Assembly (NCBI GenBank): GCA_963665295.1
Contig: OY762209.1
Span: 4,032,001-4,096,000, forward strand
Direction of reading: 5' to 3'
Length of the DNA stretch: 64,000 nucleotides
Source of the DNA: Syntrophorhabdaceae bacterium
GTDB taxonomy: Bacteria; Desulfobacterota; Syntrophorhabdia; Syntrophorhabdales; Syntrophorhabdaceae
The notes under the pieces are model-generated. The model worked only from the letters and a program-made list of their open reading frames with translations, made no database searches and was not told the DNA's origin. Position 1 is the first letter of the stretch, and every line of letters starts with the position of its first letter. A program made the position numbers and the translations under genes. Positions 52,295-61,333 of the stretch are shown in pieces.

Positions 52295-53303
52295 ATTCGC
52301 CTCCGCACACGCCACATTTCGCGCAATTGCTCTCTATCCCGTTATCCTCATAGGTTCCGAATCCCGCAATAGGACTTTCCACACTCACAGCCTTGCCGTT
52401 CTTCTCCCCTATGTACTGATGGTCCACAGGGACCTTGCCGAGTCCGCCGGATATGTCTAGGGCGTAGTGGGGTACGGCCAGCCCGGATACATTCCTCCGG
52501 AGGGCCTTCATTATTTCGATGCCCCTCTCCAGCCTCACCTTGAAATGCCCGGCTCCCTTCACCTCGTCGAGTTGGAAGAGATAATATGGTTTCACGCCCA
52601 GAGCCACGAGATCCTCGAACAACCTGCCAAGTACGTGGGGACAGTCGTTTACGTTTCTAAGAAGAACGGTCTGGCTTACCACCGTGGCGCCCGCCCTGCG
52701 TAGTGCCTTCACCGTCTCAACAAACCACGGCGATATTTCACCCGGATGGTTTATATGGATGATGATCCACAACGGTGCGGCTTCTTCCACGGCCTCGTAG
52801 TATGCCTTCGTCAATTTCTCGGGATATACTACGGGTATCCGCGTGCTTATGCGCAAAACGGTCTTGCCCATTCGTCTCAGCCTCATAAAAATATAGGCCA
52901 GTTCGTCAGCGGGCAACATAAAAGGGTCCCCTCCCGAGAGTATGACCTCCTTTATCTCTTTGTCTCCTTCAAGATATCGAAGCGTCTCCTCCCGAAAAAG
53001 CGCGGGTTCCCACCCCTTCCCCACCATTCGTCTCCTGTTGCAAAACCGGCAATACATGGCGCACTCGGCGCTTACCAGGAAGACGCCCCTGCCGGGGTAT
53101 CTCTTGATGAAAGCGGGGGTGAGGAGGCTCTCCCCTTCGTTAAGGGGGTCCACATCCCCCGATCCGTCCAACTCATCGAGGGCGGGAACGGCTTGCCTGC
53201 CCATAGGGCACGAAAGGGGATCTTCTTTTCTAATGAGAGATAGATAGTGTTCTGATATACGGAATGGAAACACTTCCGAAACCCGCTGGATTTCGGACTT
53301 CAT
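52272..53303 (-). CDS. KamA family radical SAM aminomutase
   Basis: CAMYCRFC, LSGGDP, HINHP, QTVLLR, GGLGK; start uncertain. Confidence 0.88.
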   Translation of the reverse strand: MKSEIQRVSEVFPFRISEHYLSLIRKEDPLSCPMGRQAVPALDELDGSGDVDPLNEGESLLTPAFIKRYPGRGVFLVSAECAMYCRFCNRRRMVGKGWEPALFREETLRYLEGDKEIKEVILSGGDPFMLPADELAYIFMRLRRMGKTVLRISTRIPVVYPEKLTKAYYEAVEEAAPLWIIIHINHPGEISPWFVETVKALRRAGATVVSQTVLLRNVNDCPHVLGRLFEDLVALGVKPYYLFQLDEVKGAGHFKVRLERGIEIMKALRRNVSGLAVPHYALDISGGLGKVPVDHQYIGEKNGKAVSVESPIAGFGTYEDNGIESNCAKCGVCGGEFIPSGSL

Positions 53304-53351
53304 TGCATCGTCTAATGGTATTACCTTCGATAACTCGGGGACATTATCGAT

Positions 53352-53382
53352 AAAAGGGAGGGTAACAGAATAATTACCCTCC
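53352..53382 (-). terminator. intrinsic terminator after pal-like gene
   Basis: GGAGGGTAA/TTACCCTCC stem followed by CTTTT on minus strand. Confidence 0.7.
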
Positions 53383-53397
53383 TCATTTCTCGACAAT

Positions 53398-53925
53398 TTA
53401 CTTAACTGGTACGATGTGGGCTCTTCTGTTCTTTGCCCATGCTGCTTCGTTGTGCCCTGGATCGACGGGTCTTTCTTTTCCATAGCTGACAGTCTCCATG
53501 AGCTTGCCATCAACACCGAGATCCGTAAGGTACTTTTTCGTAGAATCTGCTCTTTTCTGTCCGAGTACCAAGTTGTACTCCACTGTGCCACGCTCATCGC
53601 AATTGCCTTCGATTCTAACCTTTTTTCCCGGGTTGGCTTTAAACCACTGCATATCATCTTTCAGAATTGTGCCATCTGCCGGTCTGATGTTGTATTTGTC
53701 AAAATCGAAATTTACATCTTTAAGCTGGACGACCGGGGCTGGAGGCGGTGGCGGTGCCGGTGTAACGGGCACTTCTACCTTTGTCTCAGGTGGAACCACT
53801 TTTGCCTGCGGGGCCGGGGGCGGTGCCTGCTCGCCCTTCTGGGCTTGCATAAAACATCCACAACCACTTAAAAACAAACCAAGAGCAATAGCTAATATTA
53901 TAAGGCCAAACGATTTAGTTTTCAT
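53398..53925 (-). CDS. pal: peptidoglycan-associated lipoprotein (OmpA domain)
   Basis: lipobox [38 protein letters not shown]. Confidence 0.85.
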   Translation of the reverse strand: MKTKSFGLIILAIALGLFLSGCGCFMQAQKGEQAPPPAPQAKVVPPETKVEVPVTPAPPPPPAPVVQLKDVNFDFDKYNIRPADGTILKDDMQWFKANPGKKVRIEGNCDERGTVEYNLVLGQKRADSTKKYLTDLGVDGKLMETVSYGKERPVDPGHNEAAWAKNRRAHIVPVK

Positions 53926-53990
53926 GGTCCTCCCCTTCCTTCATCATTCAGGGTATATCCCGGTAAGGATATACCCTGATATTTTGATAA

Positions 53991-54242
53991 CTACTTTTTC
54001 GCTGGTGCGGGTGCGGGTGCTGGTGCTGCTTTCTCTGGTGCTGGTGCTGCCTTCTCCGGGGCAGGAGCTGCCTTCTCCGGGGCAGGAGCGGGTGCTGCGT
54101 CTTTTGCGGGCTCCGGCGCAGGTGCCGGTTTCGCTTCTTCTTTCGGAGCGGGTTTGGGCGGCTCTGCCGACGGACCACAACCGATCAAAGAAAAACTTGC
54201 AAAAAAGGAAATTGCTATAAATAACACCACTAATTTCTTCAT
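53991..54242 (-). CDS. small Pro/Ala/Glu/Lys-rich lipoprotein
   Basis: AAGGAGG RBS; signal peptide with lipobox LIGC; PAPEKAA repeats. Confidence 0.8.
   Translation of the reverse strand: MKKLVVLFIAISFFASFSLIGCGPSAEPPKPAPKEEAKPAPAPEPAKDAAPAPAPEKAAPAPEKAAPAPEKAAPAPAPAPAKK
54025..54087. repeat. 21-bp in-frame tandem repeat (3 copies)
   Basis: GCTGCCTTCTCCGGGGCAGGA exact at 54046 and 54067, degenerate at 54025. Confidence 0.85.
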
Positions 54243-54300
54243 CTACTTTCACCTCCTTTCTTTATTAGATAAACATAATATATCATTTCGAATAAGTAAA

Positions 54301-55224
54301 TTAAAATTTTTTAACAATTATATCTTTCTTTATCACGTCCACGTCCTCCGTCATGCACAGATTGGTGCCTGGATTGAGTGTGGACGCGGTCCCGCACGCA
54401 ACGCCGAGGTGGAGGGCATCCTTGAAACTTCCTCCATTGCCGAGGGTAAAAACCAACCCTGCCACAAGAGAATCCCCGGCACCCGCGGAGCTTCGGACTT
54501 TCACCTTGGGAGGAATCATATGATAAATTTCATCCCCGGACATGCCCACGACTCCCCGGGGTCCCATGGACACGACAGTGTATTCTACCCGCTCCCGGTA
54601 TGGCTTTGCGTACTCGATCACTTCGTCGACTTCAGTCATGGTTTTCCCGACGAGCCTTCCGAATTCATGAATGTTGGGTTTTATGAGATAAGGCCCTGCG
54701 TCCACACCCTTCTTCAGGACATCTCCATCTGCATCCATGACTACCTTCATATCCTTTTCCTTCAAGGTTGTTATCAGCTGCGCGCAAAAACTCTCGTCCA
54801 TGCCGACCGGAACGCTGCCGCCGATAACCACGAAACTGCCTCTTGGTATTTCCTTTATCTTCCTGAATAACGCCATAACCTCAAGTGAGCCTACTTCGGG
54901 CGAAGCAGTGCTGAGGAGGGTCTGAAGTTTCTTCCTTTTCTGATAAATAATCAGGTTCGTCCTGGTAGAACCGCAGATGGGCGTAAAATCACACACTACC
55001 CCTTCATTAACAAGCTCTCCCTCCAGTTCCATTCCTGTATATCCACCGATGAATCCGAGGGCAACGCTCTGTCCGCCAAGGCCTTTCACTACCCGTGACA
55101 CGTCTATCCCCTTGCCCCCTGCCCGGATCTTCTCTTCCGTGATCCTGTTTACATCATCGTAGAGCAATTCCTCCACATCCAGGATTTGTTCAATATATGG
55201 ATTAAGCGTAACGGTGTATATCAT
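54301..55224 (-). CDS. 1-phosphofructokinase family (PfkB) hexose kinase
   Basis: TVTLNP, GGKGIDV, IKPN, GAGDS. Confidence 0.92.
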   Translation of the reverse strand: MIYTVTLNPYIEQILDVEELLYDDVNRITEEKIRAGGKGIDVSRVVKGLGGQSVALGFIGGYTGMELEGELVNEGVVCDFTPICGSTRTNLIIYQKRKKLQTLLSTASPEVGSLEVMALFRKIKEIPRGSFVVIGGSVPVGMDESFCAQLITTLKEKDMKVVMDADGDVLKKGVDAGPYLIKPNIHEFGRLVGKTMTEVDEVIEYAKPYRERVEYTVVSMGPRGVVGMSGDEIYHMIPPKVKVRSSAGAGDSLVAGLVFTLGNGGSFKDALHLGVACGTASTLNPGTNLCMTEDVDVIKKDIIVKKF

Positions 55225-55569
55225 AGCAATCTGCGTTTATTCTATTAAATATAAAGAGAAATGGCTACATAAAAATCGTTTCCTGCGCACTTTTTTGAAC
55301 GAAAATGCTGATTCGAAAGCGTTTTCCCTCTTTCTTCGCTCCTGTTTCCGGGAAAACAACGACTAAACGCGCTGCCGACCGCGATCTGACGCCACCTTCG
55401 ATCCGATAATGCCGGGATGGCGGACAGCCTCTACAATTCTCTATTCCCATCTCTGTCAGCGCAGGTTATAAACCTCGTGTAGGATCTGATAAGTGCAGAG
55501 GGCATCGCACCGGTCACAGCCAGGGGTCTTAAGGTCAAGGCATTCGCTTGTTCGGCACGCAGACGTGTT

Positions 55570-56832
55570 CTACCTCACGACCAGCTTCTTGGCCTCACCG
55601 GGAAGCCCCACAGGATCAAGAGGGAGCTCCCACTGTTCCTTGGTCTCCATATTCCTCAGGGTGACTATGCCCCTTTCAATCTCGTCATCACCAAGGATAA
55701 ATACAAAATCAGCCTTGAGGTTGTCAGCGTACCTCATCTGAGACTTCAAGGATTTTCCTTCATAAGCATATTTCAAATGCATCCCGCTCGTCACAAAGGA
55801 ATGGAGCACCGGCACCAGATACTTCCTCGCCCTGTCACCAACGTACGCAAAGAAGTACAGGGGCTCCTTCGCTGAACTCCTGTTCCCCATGAGCATGGTG
55901 AGTCGCTCCACTCCAATGGCGAAGCCGGACCCGGGTACCTTCGGTCCTCCCATCTCTTCAACAAGGTTATCATATCTCCCGCCGGCGATGAACGCCTGCT
56001 GGGCGCCCAAGGCGCCGGAGGTAAACTCAAAAACCGTCTTTGTATAATAATCGAGCCCTCGCACCAACCGTTTGTTGACAACCGCTTCAACTCCGAAATC
56101 GCCGAGGTGCCCAAGAAAAATGTCAAAATGCTCTTTGCAGGACCCGCAGAGGGAATCAAAAAGAAAGGGCGATTGCCGGCTTACTTCAATGCAGTGCGCC
56201 TGTTTACAGTCGAAAATACGAAGCGGGTTCCGGTAAAGGCGCCTCAGGCAATCCTCGCACAATTGATCCTTTCGTTCCTCAAAATAGGATACAACCTTCC
56301 CCCTGAAATCCTCTCGGCACTGGGGACAGCCCACGCTGTTCACCTCGAGGGTGTACCCGCTTACCCCCAGGTCTCTCAGCATAAGGGAGGCCATCCAGAG
56401 AATCTCCGCGTCGATCAATGAGTCTCCGCTCCCGTAGACTTCCACATCGATCTGATGAAACTCCCTGAATCTGCCCTTCTGAGGTTTCTCGTGGCGGAAC
56501 ATGGGGCCCACGGTAAAGAGTTTGCTCACCCGTTCCTTCGCATACAAGCCTGCCTGCAGATAATACCGGACCACTCCCGCCGTGGCTTCAGGTCTGAGGG
56601 TCACCGAGTCGCCTCCCAGGTCCGTGAAAGTGAACATCTCCTTTTCCACGATGTCGGTCGTATCGCCGATACTTCTCACAAAGAGTTCGGTCTTTTCGAG
56701 GACGGGCACCTCGATTTCGGAAAAACCGAGGAGGCCCAAATACTTTCTTGAAACCTCTTCAATGACACGGAATCCTTCGATCTCCTCTCCGGATATATCC
56801 CTGAATCCCCTTAAAGTCTGAATCTTCGCCAT
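55570..56832 (-). CDS. hisS: histidine--tRNA ligase
   Basis: LRPEATA, FRHEKPQKGRFREF, VRGLDYY, GGRYD. Confidence 0.97.
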   Translation of the reverse strand: MAKIQTLRGFRDISGEEIEGFRVIEEVSRKYLGLLGFSEIEVPVLEKTELFVRSIGDTTDIVEKEMFTFTDLGGDSVTLRPEATAGVVRYYLQAGLYAKERVSKLFTVGPMFRHEKPQKGRFREFHQIDVEVYGSGDSLIDAEILWMASLMLRDLGVSGYTLEVNSVGCPQCREDFRGKVVSYFEERKDQLCEDCLRRLYRNPLRIFDCKQAHCIEVSRQSPFLFDSLCGSCKEHFDIFLGHLGDFGVEAVVNKRLVRGLDYYTKTVFEFTSGALGAQQAFIAGGRYDNLVEEMGGPKVPGSGFAIGVERLTMLMGNRSSAKEPLYFFAYVGDRARKYLVPVLHSFVTSGMHLKYAYEGKSLKSQMRYADNLKADFVFILGDDEIERGIVTLRNMETKEQWELPLDPVGLPGEAKKLVVR

Positions 56833-57028
56833 CTTCTTCCTCTGCGCAAAATAGTCTTAAAATCAACTCATTAGTAACATAAAAGGAATTCAATTTAAAG
56901 CAAAAAAGGCCCTTCGCAAGATATCCCGGACACGCTCCGCCCGGCCGCCCGTTTTTTGTCGCCAGGGTATGGCAATCTTCGACCCGCTGGCGTATACTTT
57001 TACCACAACCATATACCGGAGCAGAGAG

Positions 57029-57355
57029 ATGAGAAATAAACGATATACAGTGCGTCACAAAGCAGCGCCCCAGAGGAACGGCAAGTCCGTAGAGGAGATC
57101 GTGAAAGAGCTGAAGGCCATGGGCAGTTCAAAAAACGATTACCGGGAACAGTCCCTGAAGATCTACGGCCTTATTTGCGCCAAGTGCGCACGGGAATTCG
57201 ACTACAAGGACAGGCACCTCCTTACCGTACATCACAAGGATGGAAACCACAACAATAACCCACCGGACGGCTCCAACTGGGAAAACCTCTGCGTCTACTG
57301 TCATGACGAAGAGCACACCAAAGGGATGCTCGGCGATTACCTCAGTAAAGAATGA
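57029..57355 (+). CDS. yajD: YajD family HNH nuclease
   Basis: YREQSLKIY, CAKC, LTVHHKDGNHNNNPPDGSNWENLCVYCHDEEH. Confidence 0.85.
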   Translation: MRNKRYTVRHKAAPQRNGKSVEEIVKELKAMGSSKNDYREQSLKIYGLICAKCAREFDYKDRHLLTVHHKDGNHNNNPPDGSNWENLCVYCHDEEHTKGMLGDYLSKE

Positions 57356-57747
57356 TGGCCGGAGACCTCCGCCCGCCGGGCACAGATAATGTCGAAGGCT
57401 GTCTCTCCGGGACGACGCAGCCCCCTGAACTCGCATATGCAAAAGCAGCCCCGGGCCTCGAGTTGGGAAATCACGCGTTCCTCCGTCCCCTGCCCCCATG
57501 TTGCGCACAGATCGCGTCACCTTACTGGGCCCGGATTATCGGAGCGGTCTCCAATGAACGGAGCGACGAGGCGCTGATACAGGTCATTGCCACGCTTTTC
57601 GATGATGACGGCACCGTTCTCGGAACTCACACGGATTTCATGGTCCTCGACGGCGGGGACAAGAGTGAGTTTGACATAAAAATCACGAAGTTTTACGACC
57701 ACGTCCGGATGTACGGCCTGGAAGCGACCGATTCCGGGGACCTCTGA
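57352..57747 (+). CDS. hypothetical protein (FxLYD-like C-terminal domain)
   Basis: ATLFDDDGTVLGT motif; ATGA overlap with yajD. Confidence 0.55.
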   Translation: MMAGDLRPPGTDNVEGCLSGTTQPPELAYAKAAPGLELGNHAFLRPLPPCCAQIASPYWARIIGAVSNERSDEALIQVIATLFDDDGTVLGTHTDFMVLDGGDKSEFDIKITKFYDHVRMYGLEATDSGDL

Positions 57748-57757
57748 GGGAAACGCC

Positions 57758-59161
57758 ATGACAACGACCGGGTTATCCGTGGAAATAGTAGACATTGCGC
57801 TGCCTGACAGCTATGGGGTCGGGAAACAGGACAATTACGTCTTTTTCGTGCCGGGAGCGCTTACCGGGGACAGGGTACGGATCAAGGTCGTAAAGGAAGG
57901 CAAGCGGTTCTCCTACGGGGAGATCATGGAAATCGAGCGGCCTTCTCCCCTGAGGTGCGAGGCGGGATGCAGCCGTTTCGGCCCCTGCGGAGGATGCACG
58001 CTACAGCACCTCGCCTACGAAAGACAGTTGGAGTTGAAGGGAAACCATCTTCTGCAGACCCTGGCGAGGATCGGCGGAGTAGACCTGTCGTCCGTGGAGA
58101 TCACGCCTGTAGTGCCGTCTCCCGAGCAATATTCCAGCAGGAACAAGGTAGAAATGTCCTTCGGCAAAGAAGGGGGCAAGGTTACTGTCGGTCTTCGGGA
58201 GAGGGTTGCCCCCGGGGCTGATTATGAAGGAAAGGTGATATCCCTCTCCGGGTGTCCCACGTTCAGCGGGAGCGCGGAGAAGATAATTCCCTATTTTTCC
58301 GCCTTCTCGAACACACACCGTCTTCTTCCCTACAATCCGGTTCGAAAGAACGGCTTCTTAAGGCACCTTGTGTTGAGGGAGTCGAAAACGACGGGCGAAA
58401 TCATGATGATCCTTGAAACCACGCCGGGGGCCATGCCCGATTTGACGGATTTATGGCAAGACCTGTCCGCGCGCGTTCCCCAGGTTAAAAGCTTTTACCA
58501 TGTCACCAACAGCCGGGCTGCAGATACGGGCCTCTACGAGGGTGAAATTCATCTTTTCGGTGACCGCTTTATCCAGGAATCAATGGGCGGCCTTACATTC
58601 CGGATATATCCCCAGTCCTTTTTTCAACCGAATACAAAGGTGGCGGAGCTAATGTACCAGGCGATGGCCGGCTTCCTGGAGCCCGGCCCGAAAGACCGGG
58701 TACTCGGTCTGTACTGCGGAATGGGCCCTATCGAACTCTTCCTTTCATCGAAAGTCAGGGAAGTGACGGGTGTTGATTCCAATCCCGCAAATATTGCAAA
58801 CGCCAAAGAAAACTGTAGGATCAACGGCATAGAGAACTGCGCTTTCATCGAAGGAAGGGTTGAGAAAGTCCGGGACCGCTTCCCCGCAAAACCGGACATT
58901 CTTGTCATCGACCCGCCCAGGGGAGGCATAAGCGCCGACGGGCTCAACATTATCGTCAGAATCGAACCGGCGAGGATTGTCTACGTTTCATGCAACCCGT
59001 CCACCCTTGCCCGCGACCTCAAGTTCCTTAGGGAACACGGCTATGAACCCGGGAAAATCATGCCCTTCGATGCCTTCCCTCATACGGGCCACCTTGAAAC
59101 CCTTGCGCTCATTGAAAAGAGGTCCCATCCGCTTCAAAAGTCCTCCCGCGCCGTGGTATAA
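57758..59161 (+). CDS. rlmD: 23S rRNA m5U1939 methyltransferase
   Basis: TRAM domain, CGGC, SFFQPN, LYCGMG, DPPRGG, YVSCNP, FPHTGHLE. Confidence 0.92.
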   Translation: MTTTGLSVEIVDIALPDSYGVGKQDNYVFFVPGALTGDRVRIKVVKEGKRFSYGEIMEIERPSPLRCEAGCSRFGPCGGCTLQHLAYERQLELKGNHLLQTLARIGGVDLSSVEITPVVPSPEQYSSRNKVEMSFGKEGGKVTVGLRERVAPGADYEGKVISLSGCPTFSGSAEKIIPYFSAFSNTHRLLPYNPVRKNGFLRHLVLRESKTTGEIMMILETTPGAMPDLTDLWQDLSARVPQVKSFYHVTNSRAADTGLYEGEIHLFGDRFIQESMGGLTFRIYPQSFFQPNTKVAELMYQAMAGFLEPGPKDRVLGLYCGMGPIELFLSSKVREVTGVDSNPANIANAKENCRINGIENCAFIEGRVEKVRDRFPAKPDILVIDPPRGGISADGLNIIVRIEPARIVYVSCNPSTLARDLKFLREHGYEPGKIMPFDAFPHTGHLETLALIEKRSHPLQKSSRAVV

Positions 59162-59168
59162 TGATCCT

Positions 59169-59798
59169 ATGATAAAAATCATCTCTTTCGACCTTGACGG
59201 AACCCTGGTAAACGGCCTTTATGGCGAAATGGTATGGAATCACGGAGTTCCCGAGGTATTCGCGCAAAAATACGGGATATCCTTTGATGAAGCGAAGAAA
59301 CTCACAAGAGGGGAGTACGAATCCGTCGGCGACGGAAGACTCGAGTGGTACAACATCGATTACTGGCTCGACCGCTTTGACCTGTCCGTCTCCCCACGTG
59401 AATTGCTCGATCGTTATGAATCCTATATCGAGCTCCTTCCTTTCGCCCGGGAAGTACTCAATTACCTGCAGGAAAAATACATGCTCGTCATTGCGTCCAA
59501 TGCGGCGCGAATATTCGTTGAAAAGGAAATCTCCCATACGGGCATAGGCGGTCACTTCACCCATATCGTATCGGCAACCAGCGATTATAAGATAGTGAAG
59601 AAAGGGGATTCCTTTTACAGGACCCTTCTTGAACAGCTCGGCGTGGCTCCCCACGAGATTGCCCACGTGGGCGACCACAAGATATTCGACTTTGAGGCCC
59701 CGTCCCGGTTCGGCATAGAATCGTATCACCTGTGTGCTGACGGGAACGGACATGAAAGAGTCATATCAAGCCTGAAAGCGCTTCTTGACAGATTATGA
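59169..59798 (+). CDS. HAD family hydrolase
   Basis: FDLDGTL, ASN, HVGD. Confidence 0.88.
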   Translation: MIKIISFDLDGTLVNGLYGEMVWNHGVPEVFAQKYGISFDEAKKLTRGEYESVGDGRLEWYNIDYWLDRFDLSVSPRELLDRYESYIELLPFAREVLNYLQEKYMLVIASNAARIFVEKEISHTGIGGHFTHIVSATSDYKIVKKGDSFYRTLLEQLGVAPHEIAHVGDHKIFDFEAPSRFGIESYHLCADGNGHERVISSLKALLDRL

Positions 59799-60076
59799 AA
59801 AGATGCCCCAAATGCCGTACGCCCCTCGATATCGATAAGATGTCTTTCAAGGAAGAATGCCCTTCCTGCGGAACCGACCTGCATGTCTGCATATACTGCC
59901 GGCTATATGATGAGGGCAAAGCCAACCGCTGTCGCGAGCCTCAGGCAGACTATGTAAAAGAAAAAGACCGGGCAAATTTCTGCGAATACTTTCAGTCTCA
60001 AGAAAGGGACACAACAAAAGCCCCGGGCAAGGAAGCAGCGGAAAAACTGTGGGATCAGCTATTCAGGAAGGGTTGA
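59795..60076 (+). CDS. small Cys-rich (Zn-ribbon) hypothetical protein
   Basis: CPKC, CPSC, CIYC, CRE, ANFCEYF. Confidence 0.75.
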   Translation: MKRCPKCRTPLDIDKMSFKEECPSCGTDLHVCIYCRLYDEGKANRCREPQADYVKEKDRANFCEYFQSQERDTTKAPGKEAAEKLWDQLFRKG

Positions 60077-60310
60077 CGGGCGGCTGCGCGTAAATATGAC
60101 ACGGTACTTATCCCGGTCCGCGTCAAAACAGACCGTGCACCCTTTCTGCTCACAACCTTCTTCTTCCCGCTCCTCTTTAGGTGGCAGGGGTTCGAGAAGG
60201 ACCTCCAAGCCAAGAGATTCGTAGAGCTCGACCATTTCGGACAGGCGAGGCTCGCTGCTTACAAATTTCCTCTCCCACCCCAATTTGTTGAGCTCTTCCT
60301 CTCGTGTCAC
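60059..60310 (-). CDS. hypothetical protein
   Basis: GTG start overlapping stop of upstream gene; GWERKF...EPRLSE...CTVC. Confidence 0.7.
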   Translation of the reverse strand: MTREEELNKLGWERKFVSSEPRLSEMVELYESLGLEVLLEPLPPKEEREEEGCEQKGCTVCFDADRDKYRVIFTRSRPSTLPE

Positions 60311-61323
60311 TTCTGATGATTCCCTTGAGACCTGAAGTACTCCACCGTCTCTTTCAGACCCTCATCAAGGGACACTCGCGGCTGCCACTGGAGATACCGT
60401 TTAGCTTTTTCGATGTCCGGGCATCTCCTTTTCGGGTCATCTTCCGGCAACCCCTCGAAGGTTATCTGCGACGACGAGCGGGTAAGGTCAATAACCTTCT
60501 TTGCGATGTCGAGGATCGATACTTCCTGGGGGTTACCGAGATTGGCAGGCCCCGGGAAGCCTGACAGGCGGGGCAGCGTATAATCCCTTTCCTTCACCTG
60601 CGCCTCCGCCTCGTAATCCATCATCCTGATCATGCCCTCTATTAAGTCATCGACGTAGCAGAATGATCTGGTCTGCGAGCCATCTCCGTAGATGGTGATA
60701 GGCTTCCCTTCAAGCGCCTGGACAATGAAGTTGCTCACTACCCTTCCATCATCGGGCCTCATGCGCGGGCCATAGGTGTTAAAGATGCGTATAACCTTCA
60801 CGTCTACCTTATTCTGCCTCATGTAATCGAAGAAGAGCGTCTCCGCCACCCTTTTACCCTCGTCATAGCAACTGCGCCTCCCCACGGGGTTCACATGTCC
60901 CCAGTACTCCTCTCTCTGAGGATGGACTTCCGGGTCCCCATAGACCTCGCTCGTCGATGCCTGCAGTACCCGCGCATGCACCCTTTTTGCAAGACCCAGC
61001 ACATTGAGGGCACCAAGGACGTTCACTTTTGTCGTCTTCACCGGGTTGTACTGATAATGGATCGGACTCGCGGGACAGGCGAGGTTGAATATCCAGTCCA
61101 CCTCGACAAGGACCGGCTCGGTAATGTCGTGCCTGATTATCTCGAACCGCGGGTTGGAAAGGAGGTGGGATATATTCCTTTTCCGTCCCGTAAAATAATT
61201 GTCCAGGCAGATGGCCTCGTGCCCGTCTTTCAGAAGTCTTTCCAGCAGGTGGGAGCCGATAAACCCGGCCCCACCGGTGACCAAAATCCGCTTGGGGATA
61301 TGGTACGTGTGATACTTATACAT
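60307..61323 (-). CDS. UDP-glucuronate decarboxylase (UDP-xylose synthase-type SDR)
   Basis: [39 protein letters not shown]. Confidence 0.93.
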   Translation of the reverse strand: MYKYHTYHIPKRILVTGGAGFIGSHLLERLLKDGHEAICLDNYFTGRKRNISHLLSNPRFEIIRHDITEPVLVEVDWIFNLACPASPIHYQYNPVKTTKVNVLGALNVLGLAKRVHARVLQASTSEVYGDPEVHPQREEYWGHVNPVGRRSCYDEGKRVAETLFFDYMRQNKVDVKVIRIFNTYGPRMRPDDGRVVSNFIVQALEGKPITIYGDGSQTRSFCYVDDLIEGMIRMMDYEAEAQVKERDYTLPRLSGFPGPANLGNPQEVSILDIAKKVIDLTRSSSQITFEGLPEDDPKRRCPDIEKAKRYLQWQPRVSLDEGLKETVEYFRSQGNHQK

Positions 61324-61333
61324 ATATTACCCC

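Noticed and set aside
53304..53657. Long N-terminal extension of the KamA ORF
   Set aside because: Overlaps pal and crosses its terminator; likely not translated
54000..54130. Repeats considered as CRISPR
   Set aside because: No spacers; in-frame coding repeats of a lipoprotein; no cas genes
55225..55569. 345-bp hisS-pfkB spacer as possible ncRNA
   Set aside because: Only a short AGGTT-ATA-AACCT palindrome; no recognisable RNA family features
57029..57355. HNH nuclease (also Smr and YprB-like nucleases) as a defence system or homing element
   Set aside because: Scattered stand-alone genes of common chromosomal families with no clustering or mobile context
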